From: an uncultured Muribaculaceae bacterium
GTDB lineage: Bacteria > Bacteroidota > Bacteroidia > Bacteroidales > Muribaculaceae
Direction: 5' to 3'
Assembly (NCBI GenBank): GCA_910583775.1
Contig: CAJTYD010000002.1
Coordinates: 16,428 to 80,427, forward strand
DNA length: 64,000 nucleotides
Shown here piece by piece: positions 37,444 to 48,248 of this stretch; within the stretch, counting starts at the first letter, position 1, and every line of letters starts with the position of its first letter. The notes beneath the pieces were generated by a model. The model had not been told where the DNA came from, made no database searches, and was given only the letters and a program-made list of their open reading frames with translations. The translations under genes and the position numbers were made by a program.

Positions 37444-40400
37444 ATGAAAAGAAAACTATTTCTTCTCTGCCTGCTGATGGCTTCGTTCGCAAGCTTCGGC
37501 GCCATGGCAGCTCCGCGCACAGTCAAGGGTGTAGTGGTCGACGAGACCGGCGAACCTCTGATCGGTGCGACTGTTCAGGTGGAAGGGACATCGACCGGTC
37601 TCGCTACCGATCTTGACGGTAATTTCGCCATCAACGTCAGCGACGGCCAGACCCTCCTTATCACCTATATCGGCTATGAACCGTTAAAAATCAAGGTAAC
37701 TCCCGACACCCAGGATCTCCGCGTCGAGATGAAACCCAACTCCGACATCCTCGAGGATGTGGTGGTTATCGGTTACGGCACGATGAAAAAGAAAGACCTT
37801 ACAGGAGCCATCACGCAGATCGACCCCAACAAGATCGCCGACTCCAACCCTCAGACAGTGCAGGATATCCTTCGCGGAACCGCCGGTCTGCAGGTAGGTT
37901 ACGATTCATCCGCTAAGGGCGGCGGCTCCCTCGAGCTCCGCGGTAAGAACTCTCTTGGAACAAACTCGTCTCCTCTTATCATTCTCGACGGAATGCAGTT
38001 CTACGGCGAGCTCTCCGAGATCAACCCCGACGACATCAAGCAGATCGACATCCTGAAAGACTCCTCTTCGGCAGCCATCTATGGTGCGAAGGCAGCAAAC
38101 GGCGTCATCATCGTCACAACCAAGAAGGGAAGCAACACCGGCCGCCCGCAGGTTACGCTGAGCGCCAACTGGGGTATCAACACCAAGGCCGCCTACCGCA
38201 ACTATTATGACGCGGACGGCTACCTCAACTACCGCACCGACTTCTACAAACGCGACACCTACGGCTACGACGACAACGGCGTCTACCGCGACTACCAGAG
38301 CAGCCACAAGAATCATCCCGGCTATTTCGAGTATCCTTCCGAGGCCAACCTAAGCAAATACGGCATCACTCTCGACCAGTGGATGGGCTATACCTCCAAC
38401 GGTGACGGCGAGTCGCCCCGCAGCGTGTTCGGCCGCCGTATCGGCCTCGACGAGGAAGACCTTCTTTTCCAGAACTTCCTTGACAACAACACCTTCGACT
38501 GGTATAACTACGCGTTCCGCACCGGCTTCAACCAGGACTACAACGTAAGCCTCTCCGGCGGTACGGACAAGATGAACTACTACATGAGCGTCGGCTACCT
38601 GAAGAACCAGGGTGTGGTGAAAGGCAACGACTACAACACTCTCCGCGCCTCTATGCGTATGAGCGGCAAAGTAACCGACTGGCTCGAGATCGGCGGCAAC
38701 GCCAACTTCCAGCACCGTTCCGACGGTGACAAGGCCCTCCACTACAGCGATGACCTTCAGGACCCGAACATCATGAAGTTCTCCCCCTACGCCTCGCTTC
38801 GCGATAAGGAGACAGGAGAGCTCCTGCAGTTCCCGATGGGAGGAACAAACCGTTTCCAGCCCTTCCGCAACGAGTTCTTCTATCAGAACTACGAGAAACT
38901 TGAGAAAGGATACATGGTTTTGAACTCCAAGTTCTACGTGAACCTCAACCTCCCCTTCGGAATCACATACCAGTTCAATATCTCACCCCGTTACCAGTAT
39001 TTCTACGACCGTTACTTCATGAGCGCCGACCTCCCGAACTCCAACAAGAACGACCGCGGTGTGAACCGCGAGTGGGGCAAGCGCTTCGACTGGTCGCTCA
39101 ACAACACCATCAACTGGGACTATACCTTCAACGACGTTCACCACGTGATGCTCACCCTCGCACAGGAGGCTGAAGACCGCAAATACTGGAGCGACCGCAT
39201 CGAAGCCCGCGGCTTCGACCCGACAGACGCCCTCGGTTTCCACAACACGCAGAACGCCACCAAGGATATCTCCAACTTCAAGACAAAAGACACGCATGAG
39301 AGCGCCGACGCCCTCCTTGCCCGTGTTTTCTACGGCTACGACAACCGCTACATGATCACAGCCTCTGTGCGCCGCGACGGTTATTCGGCATTCGGAGCCA
39401 AATATCCACACGCCACGTTCCCCTCTGTGGCTCTGGCATGGAACTTCGGAAACGAGAAATTCATGGAATCGATCTCCGACGCATGGTCTTCCGGCAAGCT
39501 CCGTCTCTCCTGGGGTAAGAACGGTAACCGTGACCTCGGCAACCCGTATATAGCGCTTGCCAACCTCGGCTCCGGCCAGGGCGCGACCATGAACTACCTC
39601 GACGGCACAGGCAAGGTGGTCTCCGACCTCAAATACCTCACCATGGACCGTATGGCCAACCCGAACCTCCGATGGGAGAAGACAGAGGCATTCAACGTCG
39701 GTCTTGACCTCGGATTCCTCAACAACCGCATCAACGCCTCTATCGACTGGTATTACAAACGCACCAAAGACATGATCATGAGCATGAGTCTGCCTGCGTT
39801 CTCCGGCTTCTCTTCCGTATCGACAAACATCGGTCAGGTGGACAACACCGGTGTCGAGCTCTCGATCAACACCCTCAACATCTCCAACAACGTTCTCGAA
39901 TGGACAACCAACTTCGCGTTCTCCTACAACAAGAACAAGATTGTCCACATCGACTACCAGATGGAGGATGTCCTCGACGACAACGGCAACGTTATCGGGC
40001 AGAAGGAGAAGGACAACATCAACAAGGGCTGGTTCATCGGCAAGTCGATCTACGAGATCTGGGACTACGACGTAGTTGGAATCTGGCAGGCAAACGAGGC
40101 TGAAGAGGCCGCCAAATACAACCAGCGACCCGGTGATCCGAAGGTAGCCAACCACTATACGGCCGACGACAAGATCGACCCCAAGACCGGCGAGCGCATC
40201 GCTGTCTACAACGACAAGGACAAGGTCTTCCACGGCACCAAGAGCGCTCCGATGTTCCTGAGCATGACCAACAACTTCACACTCTGGAAAGACTTCTCGA
40301 TCAGCTTCACATTCTACAGCAAGATGGGTCACAAGAGCCAGAGTGGCGAATACCGCAACCAGGACAACGCCTCCGACATCATCACCCACGGGCTCAACAC

Positions 40401-40710
40401 CTACGAGAAGGAATACTGGACACCGGAGAACCCGAGCAACTATTACGCTCGCCTCATGGCCAACGGCCCGACAGGAGCCACCGGCGTGAACCGCGTTATC
40501 CGTCGCGACTTCCTGCGTCTGAGCGACCTCACCTTCGGCTACACCATTCCACAGAAATGGACCCGCAAGGCCTTCATGGAGAGAGTTCGTGTAACCTTCG
40601 GCATCAAGAACCTCTTCACCATCAATCCTCCGAAATGGAGCTACGGCGATCCTGAAAACTGGGGTCTCGGCAACCGCGTCTTCAACTTCGGTCTTAACGT
40701 TCAATTCTAA
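37444..40710 (+). CDS. susC: SusC/RagA TonB-dependent outer-membrane transporter
   Basis: 1088 aa; GEPLIGATV, VVVIGYG, ILKDSSSAAIYGAKAANGVIIVTTKKG, LRWEKT, C-terminal Phe. Confidence 0.97.
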   Translation: MKRKLFLLCLLMASFASFGAMAAPRTVKGVVVDETGEPLIGATVQVEGTSTGLATDLDGNFAINVSDGQTLLITYIGYEPLKIKVTPDTQDLRVEMKPNSDILEDVVVIGYGTMKKKDLTGAITQIDPNKIADSNPQTVQDILRGTAGLQVGYDSSAKGGGSLELRGKNSLGTNSSPLIILDGMQFYGELSEINPDDIKQIDILKDSSSAAIYGAKAANGVIIVTTKKGSNTGRPQVTLSANWGINTKAAYRNYYDADGYLNYRTDFYKRDTYGYDDNGVYRDYQSSHKNHPGYFEYPSEANLSKYGITLDQWMGYTSNGDGESPRSVFGRRIGLDEEDLLFQNFLDNNTFDWYNYAFRTGFNQDYNVSLSGGTDKMNYYMSVGYLKNQGVVKGNDYNTLRASMRMSGKVTDWLEIGGNANFQHRSDGDKALHYSDDLQDPNIMKFSPYASLRDKETGELLQFPMGGTNRFQPFRNEFFYQNYEKLEKGYMVLNSKFYVNLNLPFGITYQFNISPRYQYFYDRYFMSADLPNSNKNDRGVNREWGKRFDWSLNNTINWDYTFNDVHHVMLTLAQEAEDRKYWSDRIEARGFDPTDALGFHNTQNATKDISNFKTKDTHESADALLARVFYGYDNRYMITASVRRDGYSAFGAKYPHATFPSVALAWNFGNEKFMESISDAWSSGKLRLSWGKNGNRDLGNPYIALANLGSGQGATMNYLDGTGKVVSDLKYLTMDRMANPNLRWEKTEAFNVGLDLGFLNNRINASIDWYYKRTKDMIMSMSLPAFSGFSSVSTNIGQVDNTGVELSINTLNISNNVLEWTTNFAFSYNKNKIVHIDYQMEDVLDDNGNVIGQKEKDNINKGWFIGKSIYEIWDYDVVGIWQANEAEEAAKYNQRPGDPKVANHYTADDKIDPKTGERIAVYNDKDKVFHGTKSAPMFLSMTNNFTLWKDFSISFTFYSKMGHKSQSGEYRNQDNASDIITHGLNTYEKEYWTPENPSNYYARLMANGPTGATGVNRVIRRDFLRLSDLTFGYTIPQKWTRKAFMERVRVTFGIKNLFTINPPKWSYGDPENWGLGNRVFNFGLNVQF

Positions 40711-40722
40711 GAAACTATAAAA

Positions 40723-42765
40723 ATGAAATCAAAATACAGCAAAATTCTTAAATGGACAGCTCCGGCCGTAATGGTTGCGATGCTGGCAAGCTGCTCCGAT
40801 GATTTCCTGAAGCCGGACCCGATGTCGGAATTCGAGCCTACCACGGTCTTCGGCACCGAATCCGGAATTCAGTCGGCCATGGCGATGTGCGACCGTCATC
40901 TCGGCCGTATGTTCATCAACATGGGCAACACCAACTCAATCGGTATGCTTTCCGATCTGATGTTCTCGGAGACCACCGTACATGCCAAGACCGACGACGG
41001 CACAATGCGTGCCGACTGGGCCGGCAACCTCACCCCCACAGGCTGGATGCAGACCGGCAACAACTCCGGGGGCGAGCTCGGATGGGTCTGGAACGACATG
41101 CAGGATCATGTGAAATATGCCAACACCGTCCTCTCTTTCATCGATGACGTAGAGGGACTCTCGGAGGCAAAGAAGCTGGAATATAAGGGCCGCGCCCTGT
41201 TCCACCGCGCCTGGGCTTACTACAACCTGACATTCTGGTTCGGAAACATTCCTATCGTCACGGCTCTGCCTACAGGCCCGAAACGCGACTATCTCTCCAC
41301 TCCGCAGAGCGAGATCATCAAGATGCTCGTCAACGACCTCAAGAATGCCGTTGAATGGGTGCCCGCTCAGAAAGACATGGCTTACTACGGCATGATAAAC
41401 AAAGAGGCCTGCCGCCATCTTCTCGTAAAATGTCTTCTTGCAGACGGTCAGTTTGCCGAGGCTGAGAACCAGGCCAACATCCTGATTGACCAGAGCGGTC
41501 TGTCGCTGATGCGTCAGTCTTTCGGAACCTTCGTGACGCAAGGCGAGCCCCAGACCTGGAAAATCACCCGTAACGTGATCTGGGATCTCCACCGCCCCGA
41601 AAACAAGATTCTGGCCGCCAACAAGGAGTATATCCTCGGATGGGTCAATGTCTCGGAACAGGCATTCCAGTCAATGCCCTGGATGCGCGTCCTCGGCCCC
41701 TTCTACTGCGGCAACATCACATCGCCCGACGGAAGCTCGGGTCAGCCCATCAACCGCTACGCCCGCAACAACGGTAACTACGACGTCACTCTCGACTGGC
41801 CACGCGCCGTCGGCCGCGGTATCGGTGTGACACGTCCCACCGACTGGGCTCAGCGTACTCTCTGGGTTTATCCCGGCTTCGACGACAACAAGGAGGACCT
41901 TCAGGACCTGCGCCACAATCCTGCTGTCGGCAACTGGGTCCGCATGGAGGACATGAAATACAACGCCAACAAGAAAGCCAAGTGCTACGGCAAAAACCTG
42001 ATGCTCTATGCTCCCGAGGACGTATTCGATTCAGAAGGCAAAAAGATCCGTACAAAGGGACAGCTACTCTGCAACGATACAATCCGCAGCTGGTTTGACA
42101 TCCCCAACTACAAGGTTTACCTTTTCGACAAGAAGAACGAAGACAATCGCGGCTCAAACGACTTCCAGGGGGCATCGCTCGGAGCTAACGGAAACGTCTA
42201 TATCTTCCGTCTCGCCGAGACTTACCTGCTCCGCGCCGAAGCCAAGCTCTATCAGGGCAACGCCGGCGGCGCCGCCCAGGATGTGAACGAGATCCGCAAG
42301 CGCGCGAACGCCAAATACATGTACACTACCGTCAATATCGGCGACATCATGAACGAGCGCGCACGCGAGCTCTACATGGAGGAATTCCGCAAGGCCGAGC
42401 TTACACGAGTTTCGCGTATCCTCGCCATGACAGGTATTCCCGACGAGTGGGGCAACACCTACGACATCAATACCTGGGACAAGCAGGAGGGCACCGACCT
42501 CTCAGGCGGAAGCTACTGGTATCAGCGTCTTGTTCACTACTCGTTCTACAACAACCCGCTGTATAACAACGGCGAGATCAAGTCGGGCAGCAAGAACATC
42601 CGCTACAAGATGGACAAGCATAACCTCTTCTGGCCTATCCCGAACTGGGCACACACGGGCAACAACGAGGCTCAGCTCTGGCAGAACTACGGTTATGACG
42701 GCTACGACGCCAACTGCAAGATGCACGCCACCTGGCAGGAGGCCGACGAGGCAGCAAGAAACTGA
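40723..42765 (+). CDS. susD: SusD/RagB nutrient-binding lipoprotein
   Basis: Lipobox LASCSDDFL, FRLAETYLLRAEA, NERARELYME. Confidence 0.96.
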   Translation: MKSKYSKILKWTAPAVMVAMLASCSDDFLKPDPMSEFEPTTVFGTESGIQSAMAMCDRHLGRMFINMGNTNSIGMLSDLMFSETTVHAKTDDGTMRADWAGNLTPTGWMQTGNNSGGELGWVWNDMQDHVKYANTVLSFIDDVEGLSEAKKLEYKGRALFHRAWAYYNLTFWFGNIPIVTALPTGPKRDYLSTPQSEIIKMLVNDLKNAVEWVPAQKDMAYYGMINKEACRHLLVKCLLADGQFAEAENQANILIDQSGLSLMRQSFGTFVTQGEPQTWKITRNVIWDLHRPENKILAANKEYILGWVNVSEQAFQSMPWMRVLGPFYCGNITSPDGSSGQPINRYARNNGNYDVTLDWPRAVGRGIGVTRPTDWAQRTLWVYPGFDDNKEDLQDLRHNPAVGNWVRMEDMKYNANKKAKCYGKNLMLYAPEDVFDSEGKKIRTKGQLLCNDTIRSWFDIPNYKVYLFDKKNEDNRGSNDFQGASLGANGNVYIFRLAETYLLRAEAKLYQGNAGGAAQDVNEIRKRANAKYMYTTVNIGDIMNERARELYMEEFRKAELTRVSRILAMTGIPDEWGNTYDINTWDKQEGTDLSGGSYWYQRLVHYSFYNNPLYNNGEIKSGSKNIRYKMDKHNLFWPIPNWAHTGNNEAQLWQNYGYDGYDANCKMHATWQEADEAARN

Positions 42766-42797
42766 TTCTGAATCAACCGACACTAACCATACGTAAC

Positions 42798-42840
42798 GAA
42801 GAGGGGACGGCATCCGAATGCCGTCCCCTCTTCCCTTTAT
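42798..42840 (+). terminator. Intrinsic terminator after susD
   Basis: gaagaggggacggcat-ccga-atgccgtcccctcttc. Confidence 0.85.
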
Positions 42841-42922
42841 GATCATTCCTGATTAATCAGGATTCATCATGATTTATCTTGATTTATCTGTATGAATCCC
42901 CATTGTTACCGCACAATTCCCG

Positions 42923-42965
42923 GCGTCAGCCCAATTCAACATTCAAAATCCAACATTCAAAATTA
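42923..42965 (-). repeat. 43-bp heptamer-repeat element ending GGGCTGACGC, copy 1
   Basis: Reverse complement taattttgaatgttggattttgaatgttgaattgggctgacgc; related copy at 48885-48927. Confidence 0.7.
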
Positions 42966-45900
42966 CTTCTGTCCCCGTTTCTTATACATCGACGGCGACA
43001 TCCCGAAGTCCTCCTTGAAGCAGGAGCGGTAATAGGCCAGGTCGTTGAAACCGCAGGCGAAAGCCGCCTCCGAAACGGTATAGCCCTCGTCGAGAAGCTC
43101 GCAGGTGCGCTGCAGGCGGATATTGCGGATATGCTTCACGGCGGTCGTGCCCGTAAGCACCGATATCTTGCGGTAAAGCGTGGAATTACTCATGTTGAAG
43201 CGCTCTGCGATCAGCGGCATGCCGAACTTAGGATTCGAGATATTCTCCAGGACTATCTCCCTGAGCTTCGACAGGAACTCGCGGTCGAGCTTCGACAGCT
43301 GCGGACGTATCTCCTGGTCTTCCTCGACCTTATCCTGCGGAATATCCTCAGCCTCCGCAACTTCCGGCGCCACCGCCATTCCCTCGCGCGAGAATCTGAC
43401 CGCAAGCTTGCGGCTGGCCTCGATGATGTTGTCGACACGCGCTATCAGCAGCCGCGCGCTGAAAGGCTTCGTGATATACGACACGGCTCCGGCGGCATAA
43501 CCCTCCTCCTTGTCCTCGATAGAATCCTTGGCGGTGAGGAGAACCACGGGGATATGGCTCGTGGCGAAATCAGCCTTAAGACGGCGGCACATCTCGACGC
43601 CGTTCATCTTCGGCATCATTATGTCGGAGATGATGATGTCGGGCATCACCGCCCGGGCCTTTTCCAGCCCCTCCTCGCCGTCGGAGGCGGTCTCGACACG
43701 GAATCTTTCGCGGAACGCCTCCTTCACATAATCCCGTATGTCGGCGTTATCCTCCACCACAAGCATCACCGGGAGCTTGACGCGAGAAGATTCCCCGGCA
43801 TCTTCCTTTGCCGTCTCCGGGCGCACGGGCTCATCCTTATGCAGGGCGTCGGGATACGTCTCGCTGATGCTGAGCCGGAGCCTGAACACAGAGCCCCTGT
43901 CGAGCTCGCTTTCCACCGTGAGAGAAGCATGGTGAAGGTCGGCAAGAGTCTTTGAAAGCGAAAGCCCGATGCCGGTGCCGACCACCGAACTGTTCTCATC
44001 CACCCGATAGAAACGGTCGAACAGATGCGGCAGATCTTTCTCGCTGATTCCTATGCCGGTATCGGCCACAAAAATCTCAAGATCATCCTCACCCGATTTT
44101 CGGATTCCAACCGTCACCCCCCCTATTTTGGTATATTTCAATGCGTTAGAAACAAGATTATTAAGAATGGATGAAATAATCTTGCGGTCGAAGTAGATAG
44201 GAGGCACCGAGCGGTCGATATCAAGCGACAGCTTCACGTTTTCATTGCGGTTATATTCCTTGAAACGCAGTGCCGTCTCGGTGACGAGCGCCGAGATGTC
44301 ATCCTTTCTGACCGAGAGACGGCGGCTTGCCGTCTCCGTCTTGTGAAGCTCAAGCATCTGCGAGATAAGCATCAGGAGATTCCGTGCGTTATAGTTGATC
44401 AGGTCGATCTTGGCCGAATACTTCTCCGGGATGTCGGGGGCATGCTTCAGATCCTCGGAGGGGCCGAGGATGAGGGTGAGAGGCGTGCGGAGCTCATGCG
44501 ATATGTCGGTATAGAAGCGCAGACGCTCCTCGTTGAGCCGCTGTTTGTTCTTGGTGATCTCGAGCTGCGACTTGACGGAGGCGTCTTTCTTGATATGAAG
44601 CTCGTGGCGCCTGAGGATAAGCCACAGCAGAAACAGAAGCAGGGCCACATAAAGCACTATGAAATACCATCTGAGGAACAGCGGCGGCAGGATCCGGATC
44701 TTCATCTCGGTCACCGACTCCTCCTCGCCGTTAAAGAATTTAGCCTTGACCCTGAACTTATATTTTCCGGCGGGAAGATTCCGGAAGGTCACCGAACTCT
44801 GTCCGTTGGTAGAATGCCATTCCTTGTCGACGCCCTCCATCATGTAGAAATAGTCGATCGCGTGGCTCTCGCTGTAGTCGGGAACGGAGAAAGAGATACG
44901 GAAGGAATTTCTGTCGTGAGGGATCATGACAGTGCCGTCGTCCTTCAGCTTATAGACAAATCCCTCCACCTCTTCGGAATCTCCGAGCCATGCGAAATCG
45001 GAGATCACCACCGGAGCTAACTTAGGCATCTTCTCCACATCCTTGGGATCCACGCGCCACACACCATCGAGCGATCCGAAATAGAGCGATGAATCGGGAG
45101 CCACCGTAATCGCACGAGACATAAACGACGACATCGGCACGCCCATACGCTGGTCGTAAAGCTCCAGCATGTCTTTCTGCCGGTTCCACTTGGAAATGGA
45201 ATTTCCTGTTGCGATCCATATATCGCCCGAACGGTCTTCGGCAATCGCACAGGCCGTCTTGTCGCCCATACCGTCGGCCACGTTGAAGGTCCTTATCCCG
45301 GAGTCCGAAGCCGAATCCCTGATCAGGGCCACGCCGTTGCCGGTGGCTGCCCATATATTTCCGCGCGAATCGAGCATAAGGTGATTCACCACGTTGGAAG
45401 GGAAGCCGGTGCTTTTATCCAATGTCCTTATGCGCCTGGCGCGGCGGTCGTAGACACGGATGCCGCTGCCGTTGGTACCTACCCATAGATTTCCCGTTCT
45501 ATCGACGATGATAGAATTCACCGATATCCACCGGAGGTCCTTGTTAATATTTTCGGGCCTCTCTATCCGTCCCCCTCTATAGACATATATGCCGTTTTCG
45601 GAAGCGATAAGCACAATGGAATCGTTAATAGCTGTAAACGAATTCATCGCTCCGTCGGCGATGTCGGGCATAGGCAACCTTCTAACCGCCCCCGTTTCGG
45701 GCGTAAGCTCAAGCACTCCGTTGTTGTCGAGGCCGATAAGGATTCTGCCGTCGACAGGGACAAGATGCTCCACGCGGTCGTGATATCGCGTGATATGGCC
45801 GGTGAGGTCGATGGAATTCACGAATTCGCCGTCTCTGAAATGCGCCACCTCGCTCTCCCCTCCGATCCATATCTCACCGTTGCGGTCTACGGCAACACTC

Positions 45901-47048
45901 CATGCCGATTTGTATTTCGCGCCGTTGCCGACGAATTCGAGCCACGGAAGGCGCTCGAAAGGGAGCCGGTGATGGGGAATGAAGTCGAGACCCGAGCTGA
46001 AGTTGCCGATCCAGATGTTTCCGAAAGAATCAAGAAAAAGTGTACGGATGTTTTTGGAGGCCGTGCCGTGGCCGTCGTTCGAGTCGGAGATTGTGCAGAA
46101 GCCGGTGAAGCCGGAGCCGTCCGATTCAGTCATCAGACGGATGGGAGCGACGCTTATGCCGCCGATGTCGGAGCCTACCCAGAGGTCGCCGGAGGGCGTC
46201 TCCATCAGGGCATAGACCGCATTCCCCGCCAGAGAGCCGGCGGAAGCGGTGTGGCGGAAGACCTTGAAGCTGTCGGAGGCCGGATTCTTCAGGGCGAGAC
46301 CGTCGGAGGTGGCAAACCAGAGATTGTTGAAGGAGTCGCGGAAGATGGTGCGAACCCTGTCGCCGGGAAGCGACTGCGGATCGGCCGGATCATGGCGCAG
46401 ATTCCTGAGTTTCCTTGTCTCCATGTCGATCACGGAAACTCCGTCCTTATAGTGGCCGACATAGAGGTTGCCGCGGCCGTCGTCGACCGCCGTCAGGATG
46501 TCGTATGGCATCCCCTTGACGTTTCTGGTGCTGTAGACGGTGAATTTCCCTGAAGCAGGGTCGTAGTGCGTGACGCTTTCAAAATGGTTGGCGATCCAGA
46601 TGCCGCCGTCCGAGGCCCGCTTAAGGTCGTTTATGTTATAGGTCTTGGCATCTTTGGGATACGCGATCTCCTCGAGGGTCATCTGTGGGAGGCGGAACAC
46701 GTAAAGACCGCTCTTTGTGCCGACCCAGAGGCGGTCGTTGACCTCCTCATAGAGAAGCGCCGTCACATTGTCGCCGGCCATGCCGGTGTTGGTCGACTTA
46801 TAATGAGTGAACGTATGACCGTCAAAGCGGTTGAAGCCGCTCTGCGTGCCGATATACAGGAAGCCGCGGCTGTCCTGCGCTATCGAGGTGACATAATTGT
46901 TCGACAGGCCTTTGTTCGCGTTGAGATTCTGGATCCCGAATGAGGAAGACGCTCCCTGCGTCTCAATCACGTTCAGCAACAATACCAACGACAGCAATAA
47001 ACCTCTTTTGAAAAACGAAAAGAAGAGACAACGACTGGAAGTGTTCAT
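42963..47048 (-). CDS. Hybrid two-component system sensor kinase/response regulator (HTCS); alternative TTG start at 47063
   Basis: Beta-propeller repeats, Y_Y_Y domain, TM helix, SHELRTPL, GTGIGL, receiver SDIMMP, AraC HTH. Confidence 0.96.
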   Translation of the reverse strand: MNTSSRCLFFSFFKRGLLLSLVLLLNVIETQGASSSFGIQNLNANKGLSNNYVTSIAQDSRGFLYIGTQSGFNRFDGHTFTHYKSTNTGMAGDNVTALLYEEVNDRLWVGTKSGLYVFRLPQMTLEEIAYPKDAKTYNINDLKRASDGGIWIANHFESVTHYDPASGKFTVYSTRNVKGMPYDILTAVDDGRGNLYVGHYKDGVSVIDMETRKLRNLRHDPADPQSLPGDRVRTIFRDSFNNLWFATSDGLALKNPASDSFKVFRHTASAGSLAGNAVYALMETPSGDLWVGSDIGGISVAPIRLMTESDGSGFTGFCTISDSNDGHGTASKNIRTLFLDSFGNIWIGNFSSGLDFIPHHRLPFERLPWLEFVGNGAKYKSAWSVAVDRNGEIWIGGESEVAHFRDGEFVNSIDLTGHITRYHDRVEHLVPVDGRILIGLDNNGVLELTPETGAVRRLPMPDIADGAMNSFTAINDSIVLIASENGIYVYRGGRIERPENINKDLRWISVNSIIVDRTGNLWVGTNGSGIRVYDRRARRIRTLDKSTGFPSNVVNHLMLDSRGNIWAATGNGVALIRDSASDSGIRTFNVADGMGDKTACAIAEDRSGDIWIATGNSISKWNRQKDMLELYDQRMGVPMSSFMSRAITVAPDSSLYFGSLDGVWRVDPKDVEKMPKLAPVVISDFAWLGDSEEVEGFVYKLKDDGTVMIPHDRNSFRISFSVPDYSESHAIDYFYMMEGVDKEWHSTNGQSSVTFRNLPAGKYKFRVKAKFFNGEEESVTEMKIRILPPLFLRWYFIVLYVALLLFLLWLILRRHELHIKKDASVKSQLEITKNKQRLNEERLRFYTDISHELRTPLTLILGPSEDLKHAPDIPEKYSAKIDLINYNARNLLMLISQMLELHKTETASRRLSVRKDDISALVTETALRFKEYNRNENVKLSLDIDRSVPPIYFDRKIISSILNNLVSNALKYTKIGGVTVGIRKSGEDDLEIFVADTGIGISEKDLPHLFDRFYRVDENSSVVGTGIGLSLSKTLADLHHASLTVESELDRGSVFRLRLSISETYPDALHKDEPVRPETAKEDAGESSRVKLPVMLVVEDNADIRDYVKEAFRERFRVETASDGEEGLEKARAVMPDIIISDIMMPKMNGVEMCRRLKADFATSHIPVVLLTAKDSIEDKEEGYAAGAVSYITKPFSARLLIARVDNIIEASRKLAVRFSREGMAVAPEVAEAEDIPQDKVEEDQEIRPQLSKLDREFLSKLREIVLENISNPKFGMPLIAERFNMSNSTLYRKISVLTGTTAVKHIRNIRLQRTCELLDEGYTVSEAAFACGFNDLAYYRSCFKEDFGMSPSMYKKRGQK

Positions 47049-47250
47049 ACCGATGACTTTCAATACTAACGAAATTTTTCCTTAAATTAATAAAAAACAT
47101 GCATGATGCCGAAAAAATGACCGAAAGGGAACCGCTATTTGACCGTTTTATCATTCTTCAGGCGATTCTTTTTTCTTGCAGTATCGACATTTTTATTAAT
47201 TTTGCACACCCGGGCGGAGAATTTCGCCTGGACAGACACATTACCATCTT

Positions 47251-48165
47251 ATGGATTACACTGAAATCATTACTGAAATCTACAATGAAGTCCGCGGCAT
47301 AAAAGAGAGGGGGAAAGTGGCGGACTACATTCCGGCTCTCGCGGAAATCGATCCTTCGCAACTCGGCATTGCCGTCGCGACAGCCGACGGAAATGTATTC
47401 GGCATAGGTGACTGGCAGACAAAATTCTCGATCCAGAGTATCTCGAAAGTGTTCACCCTCGCCATGGTAATACGTCATATCGGAGACGAGATATGGCAGA
47501 ATGTAGGACGCGAGCCATCCGGAAACCCCTTCAATTCCCTTATCCAGCTTGAGAATGAATGCGGAAAACCGAGGAATCCCTTTATCAACGCAGGTGCGCT
47601 TGCCGTAACCGACCGCCTGATGCGCCTGTACGAGCGGCCCAAGGAAGACATTCTCTGCTTTATCCGCCAGCTCGCCGATTCCGAAGACATATATTTCGAC
47701 AAAAATGTGGCGATTTCGGAAATATATCACTCCAGCCGAAACAGCGCCCTGGCCTACTTCATGAAAAGTTTCGGCAACATAGAGGGAGACGTCGAGACTC
47801 TTGTCGATATCTACTGCAATCACTGCAGCATAACCATGACATGCGGGGAATTGGCCAGATCGTTTCTATTTCTCGCCAACCGCGGAGTCAATCCTTTCAA
47901 CGGAGAGGAAGTGTTGAGCGTAAGCATGTCGAAACGGCTGAACGCCCTTATGCTTACCTGCGGGTTTTACGATGAATCGGGAGATTTCGCTTTCCGCGTC
48001 GGATTGCCTGGCAAAAGCGGAGTGGGAGGAGGCATCGTGGCCGTAATTCCCGGGGAACTAAGTATCGCGGTGTGGAGTCCGGGTCTCAACCGACACGGGA
48101 ATTCCTGCCTGGGGATAGAGGTGCTCGAACGTTTCACAACCCGGCTCCAGACCTCTATCTTCTAA
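47251..48165 (+). CDS. glsA: Glutaminase
   Basis: GKVADYIPAL, FSIQSISK, GREPSG, NPFINAGA, LPGKSGVGGG. Confidence 0.96.
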   Translation: MDYTEIITEIYNEVRGIKERGKVADYIPALAEIDPSQLGIAVATADGNVFGIGDWQTKFSIQSISKVFTLAMVIRHIGDEIWQNVGREPSGNPFNSLIQLENECGKPRNPFINAGALAVTDRLMRLYERPKEDILCFIRQLADSEDIYFDKNVAISEIYHSSRNSALAYFMKSFGNIEGDVETLVDIYCNHCSITMTCGELARSFLFLANRGVNPFNGEEVLSVSMSKRLNALMLTCGFYDESGDFAFRVGLPGKSGVGGGIVAVIPGELSIAVWSPGLNRHGNSCLGIEVLERFTTRLQTSIF

Positions 48166-48248
48166 ACAAGCTCCAAAACACGTATTTTCCCCGCGATAGA
48201 CGGTTAGTCGAAAAATATTGCTATATTTGCAATCGAATAGACGAAATT

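Noticed and set aside
38983..40704. Long antisense ORF (573 aa) and similar shadow ORFs over pheT, lpxB, pckA and the HTCS
   Set aside because: They lie opposite well-supported genes and are explained by codon bias.
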